In this document: positions 58,843-64,000 of the stretch, one piece after another
Layout of the letters: every line of letters begins with the position of its first letter
How positions within the stretch are numbered: the stretch's first letter is position 1
Sequence record: PQ303785.1
DNA: 64,000 bases
Reading direction: 5' to 3' (one strand)
Origin: Escherichia phage LYE-01
The notes under the pieces: generated by a model
Seen by the model: the letters and a program-made list of their open reading frames with translations, nothing else
The model's database searches: none
Told to the model about the DNA's origin: nothing
Translations under genes and position numbers: made by a program

Positions 58843-60821
58843 TGTGATATAGGCTCCAAATCGATAGTTAAGTATTGTGGACGTAAATCATTTTCAAATA
58901 CAATCAGTGAACCATCGCGCGTGAAAATAACATCGTCTATTGGATCAGAATATAGCTCAATAGTCTGAACCTCAAATTTATCGGATGTTAAATTAATTTT
59001 AGCGATATTCCAATAAATCATGTCAGCTGGGTAATTTATTTCACCGATAACATAGTATTTGTCACGTCCATCGGAACTTGCTAATTTATTAAAATCATTG
59101 CCTGTATATGGCTGAATGTTTTCATTTTCTGTAACATCGCCAGAAGCAAATGGACCAATAATAACTTTGCCAATTCCTTTAGAATCTCGGTCTGTTGATA
59201 CTATACGAACGTCATATAATACATCTTCTTCTAAACCAGTATCAGGATTTACAACTTTTCGTCCAGAATTAAATGAAAACGTATTAGATTCCATAGAACG
59301 ATCTTTTATTTGATTATTGTATTTAATACCCGCTTCAGGCGTTTTATAGAAGTTTTGTACTTCACGTACCATTTGAATTGTCGCGGATGAGCCAATGATA
59401 GAATGATCTGCATCATCTACGTATGTCAGCATCTTAGATTTAGCGAAAGATGAGTTAAAAATTTCTACATCTTCGGTATAATAACGATCAATTTTATCAA
59501 TTATTTGACCTTCTAGCCACTGTTCTGATTCTTGCAGCTTATTTAAAGCATATGTGACTTTTAAATTAGTCTTAACAAAAAGATAATTAGGAGAAATAAT
59601 TGATGGTGTAATAGGAGCTAAATTATAATCTTTTAGATAATTTTTAATATCTTCACGTTGTACAGTAGTTAAATATAGTCCTGATTTAGGTTTAGCAGCA
59701 ATAAATGCATAACCAGGTTTAGTAGAATCAGTGAAAGTCTGAACCGCTTGAATAATAGAACCGAATCTTTCTGAAACGAATGTATCATAATCAGTCGCAG
59801 TTACGCAGCGTTGTTGGGTTTCACGTTTAATAGTACCCAATTCGCGAATACGTTCAATATCTTCTGGGTCACCACCGCCATCTGCCCCAACAAAATCTGG
59901 GTCATCGTTTGGGTTTTCATTAATATTGATGACAGTTATATTTGTTAATGTATCTGCGTATGAAAATCCGACTGCACCATTCGCATCTGCACCGTTAGTA
60001 CTGATGTACTCAATAACAATCGTAGAGTTCTGGGTAGGTTTAAGACCTCCAATATAATTAGCAGTCAATGCTCCTTCTGCCGCATTAACGGAAATCTCAC
60101 CTTCACCAAAATAAAATTCAGTATTTCCATCAATAGTTTCACGCATATAGTAAATTGTTGATGTAGAACCAGCGTGAACCATTGACTTTCTTGTCCAGTT
60201 AATCCATTCTGCTCCATCAACATACAGCTTAACTTGGTTTCTATCTATATTTTTGTCATAAATGATAATAGGTGTTAATTTATCATAAATGATTTCAGTT
60301 CTTACTATACGTCCCTGGGCCAATTTTAAACGCGGAAAATATTGATTATTTTTATCACGAATAGCAATAACATCTTCGGTAGAGACAAAGTTATAAGGAT
60401 TAACAGAAGTATCTTTTGCATATGCTAAAAAGCGAGTCCCGCGAGGAATAGTAATGTAATTTCTATTCAATGCATCTGTACAAGTTAGCATAATTTCAGT
60501 TTGAGCAGCTGATTTTGAAGTAGGTAAATATCCATTATCTTGTGCAGCTTGAACTACTGAACTGCGCAAATTAGCAGTACGCATAAAGCTTTCATATACG
60601 GCAGCATTACCAAACTGCTGAATGTATAATGTATTATAAGCTAAAAGGTCACACAGAACGTTTAATCTTGAGCCTTCAAAATCATAATCCAAAAATTCAT
60701 TTTGGCCATTAAGCCATTCAATGAGGTTTTGTTTTATTTCAGCAAATGTACCCCCGACGAATATCTCGGGAATAGCATTTGCTGTTCTTGTTAATTGATA
60801 ATTTACAGGGGTATTTGCCAT
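58839..60821 (-). CDS. 6: Baseplate wedge protein, 660 aa
   Basis: Track ORF; length equals T4 gp6. Confidence 0.9.
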   Translation of the reverse strand: MANTPVNYQLTRTANAIPEIFVGGTFAEIKQNLIEWLNGQNEFLDYDFEGSRLNVLCDLLAYNTLYIQQFGNAAVYESFMRTANLRSSVVQAAQDNGYLPTSKSAAQTEIMLTCTDALNRNYITIPRGTRFLAYAKDTSVNPYNFVSTEDVIAIRDKNNQYFPRLKLAQGRIVRTEIIYDKLTPIIIYDKNIDRNQVKLYVDGAEWINWTRKSMVHAGSTSTIYYMRETIDGNTEFYFGEGEISVNAAEGALTANYIGGLKPTQNSTIVIEYISTNGADANGAVGFSYADTLTNITVININENPNDDPDFVGADGGGDPEDIERIRELGTIKRETQQRCVTATDYDTFVSERFGSIIQAVQTFTDSTKPGYAFIAAKPKSGLYLTTVQREDIKNYLKDYNLAPITPSIISPNYLFVKTNLKVTYALNKLQESEQWLEGQIIDKIDRYYTEDVEIFNSSFAKSKMLTYVDDADHSIIGSSATIQMVREVQNFYKTPEAGIKYNNQIKDRSMESNTFSFNSGRKVVNPDTGLEEDVLYDVRIVSTDRDSKGIGKVIIGPFASGDVTENENIQPYTGNDFNKLASSDGRDKYYVIGEINYPADMIYWNIAKINLTSDKFEVQTIELYSDPIDDVIFTRDGSLIVFENDLRPQYLTIDLEPISQ

Positions 60822-60829
60822 TTTAAATC

Positions 60830-61123
60830 CTATTTAATGAATACTTTAGATGATGCCTGAGCCACAGTATCACCACATGATATTGGATCAGCCATTTGAA
60901 CAGCTTTCTTTCCAGTGACATATACCTTAGAAGTTCTAGGTTGTGTCACTCCGCCATGTGTTTCATATGGCTTTTTAATTTCTGTATGTTCTGTAATTGG
61001 ATCACCTGCTACGAGAACAGCAATTCCTCCAGTGAATACTTTACTTTGTGTAGCATTCACAACTGTTGGAGGCCACGCTTCATGGCCAGCAGTGACACAC
61101 TTATCATAACTTAATCCTGACAT
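60830..61123 (-). CDS. 5.4: PAAR-repeat spike-tip protein, 97 aa
   Basis: Track ORF; length equals T4 gp5.4; position between genes 5 and 6. Confidence 0.75.
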
Positions 61124-61680
61124 TATTGCCTCTCATATACGTAGCTTCTCAATTTATTAGCCCAACGGCTCCAATTTCCAACTATAGTTTTTGTGTAATT
61201 TTTAACAAGAGTTTTTCTTATTGGAGCAGGAGGATCCGTTGGTTCAGTAGTATCAGAAGATGACCTAGAATTACTACCAGAACCTCCAGATTCACTTTGT
61301 TCTTGGTAGTCATATATTAATGTTACTTCGTAAGTGAATGTCTTCTGGAGGTTTTGAGGAGCTTTCCATAAATATAACTGAGTATTAGAATCAGTCGGAA
61401 GGTCTTCCCATGAAGCAGCAGTTTTAAATTCATCATCTAAACGATATTTCAATGCGTCATTTCCAAATCCAAATACAGATTCATACGTTCCATATAAACG
61501 ATTTTCTTCTACTAAAACCCCAGGAGTTTCTTCGTAACTAGTTATATTTATAGATACTAACGTTTCACCTGTTTCTAATTGAGCGGTAAAGGTGACGTCG
61601 ATAGAAGAACCTTCCATGGATTCTCCTAAATCAGCGCTCATTGGAAGTATATTAGCCAATGTCAATCCTCGATCCATCAA
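61123..61680 (-). CDS. Hypothetical baseplate-region protein, up to 185 aa (true start may be an internal Met)
   Basis: Track ORF; N-terminus overlaps gene 5 C-terminus by 29 nt, so start is uncertain. Confidence 0.55.
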
Positions 61681-63379
61681 TTGTGTATTGACCAGATGAA
61701 ATAGAACTCATAGATGCCATTTTTTCTGTCCAATCACCACCAACATCCCAATCAACTGTTCCAGCAACTTTCCAAGAAAGATTTCCATTTACTGTATTAG
61801 TCTGGTTTCCTTCAACTAAAGTAGTAGCATCCCCTTTAACTGTAATGTCAGCATTACCTTCAACTACAATAGTAACATTACCTTTGACTAGGATAGTTCC
61901 ATTACCTTCAACCGTCTTAGTTTCATCGCCACGCACAAATATCGTATTGCTTCCATCTATTTGGTGAAGACGATTATCCATGTTGTAATAAATTTCTGAT
62001 CCACCGACGTTAGTCTTTTTATCGCCGGCTACCAAAAAATTACCGTCAGCGTTTGTTATATCATACAAATTATCAACAGTTTTTCTTGTTCTTCTTCCTG
62101 ACGGTGACACTTCCTCATACGTTCCAGTCGGATGAACTAATCTATATCGTTCTTGCCCAGGGGTATCATCAAATTCCTGAATATGACCGCTTTCAGTTTC
62201 CATTGTATGAACATACGGATATTCACCTTTATATGAAGAAACAGGTTCTTTAAATAAAATTCTCGAATCATTCGGAATAGGAGGGTCAGCTGGATCAGAA
62301 GACTTTGCTACAGTAGCAGCCATTGCCGACAAAGACCTAGCTGGTGTTTTCACTTCAATACCGTATGATTCCAAATTCCCTGTAAGAATAATCATGGTAA
62401 CACGAGATGCACGGCCTTTTGTTTGTTGATACCACAATGAATCACGACCAGCTTTATATGCTTTTTCCCAATCTCCGGCTAACATAGCTGTTAACATTGT
62501 GTTAAATTTAGCTACACCGCCAACACCCATCTGAAATGCCATATTTTCTAATGCCATTTGACGAGAACGATTAACTGCTTTCCAAACTGGGCCAACTTTA
62601 GAATGTGATTTAATGTCACGTTGCATATCAGCTAAATCACGTTCAAATAAAGTTACCGCTTCTTCCATTGTAATAGAACCTGGATTTCCGGTAATTTCAC
62701 GACCAACTTGTTTTGATAAAACTTTATTAATTTGGGCCATATCACGAACTGGCTGCTTCATGATAAGATGACCAATACCAATTGTCGGATATCCTTCAGT
62801 ATCCCAATAAACTTTTAGTCTTAATCCTTCATCACGGCGAAGCATTTCAGCCATTGACATATTTGGATTATCATCAGTTGGAATCTCTGATAGTGGTCTA
62901 TCATCGGGATTTATCGCAGTATCTAAATTACTATCTTGGATAATATTAGAAGACGAATCATATCCTACTTCTCCGCCTTGGTTTAATACGTTAGTATCAT
63001 TTCCTAGACGTCTAGGATACTGTCCAGTCGGGTCAGAAAATCCTTCAAGTCTATTAGGCTTTTCGCGAACTATTCCACCATACGTGCCAAGAACAATTCC
63101 GTTAGTTTTCCATTTGTCTAAAAAATGACCATATACTCTAGTTCCTTCTACCGGACCAGTAACGGAGCCTCCAATTCCAGACATTGCTGCAGAAGTTATA
63201 GGTTGAATAACTGACATCCATGGTAATTTATCAGTTGGAATACCCATTACATCGCCTTGGGCTCTTTGAGGTGGATGCAGACCAACCACACGAACACGAA
63301 CACGACCTAATTTTAATGGGTCCATTCTATCTTCAACAACACCAACAAACCAATTAAGGTTATTACTTATCATTTCCAT
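61652..63379 (-). CDS. 5: Baseplate hub / cell-puncturing spike with lysozyme domain, 575 aa
   Basis: Track ORF; lysozyme active-site region EGLRLKVYWDTEGYPTIGIGH; C-terminal VxG repeat beta-helix. Confidence 0.92.
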   Translation of the reverse strand: MEMISNNLNWFVGVVEDRMDPLKLGRVRVRVVGLHPPQRAQGDVMGIPTDKLPWMSVIQPITSAAMSGIGGSVTGPVEGTRVYGHFLDKWKTNGIVLGTYGGIVREKPNRLEGFSDPTGQYPRRLGNDTNVLNQGGEVGYDSSSNIIQDSNLDTAINPDDRPLSEIPTDDNPNMSMAEMLRRDEGLRLKVYWDTEGYPTIGIGHLIMKQPVRDMAQINKVLSKQVGREITGNPGSITMEEAVTLFERDLADMQRDIKSHSKVGPVWKAVNRSRQMALENMAFQMGVGGVAKFNTMLTAMLAGDWEKAYKAGRDSLWYQQTKGRASRVTMIILTGNLESYGIEVKTPARSLSAMAATVAKSSDPADPPIPNDSRILFKEPVSSYKGEYPYVHTMETESGHIQEFDDTPGQERYRLVHPTGTYEEVSPSGRRTRKTVDNLYDITNADGNFLVAGDKKTNVGGSEIYYNMDNRLHQIDGSNTIFVRGDETKTVEGNGTILVKGNVTIVVEGNADITVKGDATTLVEGNQTNTVNGNLSWKVAGTVDWDVGGDWTEKMASMSSISSGQYTIDGSRIDIG

Positions 63380-63953
63380 AAGATTTCTCCATTATACGTA
63401 TAAGGTCGTTCATAAATGAATTGATGTCTGATTTTGCTATTATTTTTATTTGACGAAGTTTTTCATTTTCAAGAACAGCAGCTTCATACGTATCGACCGC
63501 AGCAAGTGCTCCTTCATATTGAGGATATTTTCTAGCTTTATCGCCTTTGTCATACCAAACATATGGATTATCATCGTATGATATTAAATTATAAAATTTT
63601 TCACCATTCTCATTCACATGATATACTATTTGGTCTCCACCTACATTTTTGTATTTTTGTATAGATGCTTGATAAGCAGCTTCTTGCGAAGTAATCCATC
63701 CATAATACGGATCATAATTATCATTACACATCAATAAAACCCAATACAACTGCGGATTTCCATATATAGCATTTGCTAATTCTTCCGGGCGTGGTGAACC
63801 TTTAATATAATAAGTACGTAAGCGATATCCCGCAAGAGCGCGTTTGAAATAGTCTTTATAGTTTCTAAAAATATCTGTCATAGGAATAGTCGGCGCGTTT
63901 TTATTCACCGTTTTGGCCGCATATTCAATCGGATCAAAAAATGTAAAGAGCAT
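63363..63953 (-). CDS. 53: Baseplate wedge protein, 196 aa
   Basis: Track ORF; length equals T4 gp53. Confidence 0.8.
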   Translation of the reverse strand: MLFTFFDPIEYAAKTVNKNAPTIPMTDIFRNYKDYFKRALAGYRLRTYYIKGSPRPEELANAIYGNPQLYWVLLMCNDNYDPYYGWITSQEAAYQASIQKYKNVGGDQIVYHVNENGEKFYNLISYDDNPYVWYDKGDKARKYPQYEGALAAVDTYEAAVLENEKLRQIKIIAKSDINSFMNDLIRIMEKSYGNDK

Positions 63954-63981
63954 GGGCCCTCCTGTTTATAAATATATTATC

Positions 63982-63989
63982 TATTTATA
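63982..63989 (-). promoter_or_regulatory. Late promoter TATAAATA for gene 53
   Basis: Plus-strand TATTTATA about 29 nt upstream of ATG. Confidence 0.5.
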
Positions 63990-64000
63990 AGGAGAATCCA

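Overview
This window is a T4-type (T-even, Tevenvirinae) myophage segment, read here in the opposite orientation to the conventional T4 map. Gene calls rest on the supplied ORF translations, motifs visible in them, and recalled T4 gene order and protein lengths; no database search was run. Plus strand, early/middle genes: nrdA (3' end), nrdB, denA, rnlA, alc, pseT, cd, 31, rIII, a run of small accessory ORFs, DNA ligase (30), then two tandem Alt-type ADP-ribosyltransferase genes. Minus strand, late structural module: 54-48-29-28-27-51, then 24-23-22-21-68-67-20-19-18-17-16-15-14-13-wac-12-11-10-9-8-7-6-5.4-5-53, with the plus-strand islands 26-25-uvsY and inh-hoc-rnlB and the minus-strand uvsW between them. 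Regulatory signals are typical of T-even phages: TATAAATA late promoters, a MotA-box middle promoter ahead of uvsY, GTTTAC early promoters, and GC-rich tetraloop hairpins at gene ends. I did not find a clearly novel multi-gene system. The things most worth a second look are a free-standing HNH endonuclease gene between genes 19 and 18, the tandem diverged alt pair, a GC-elevated NADAR-domain gene, and a duplicated promoter-leader cassette. Several ORF-track starts are alternative-codon artefacts and were moved to the ATG that matches the T4 protein length. Hand-derived coordinates for promoters and hairpins are approximate (about +/-2 nt).
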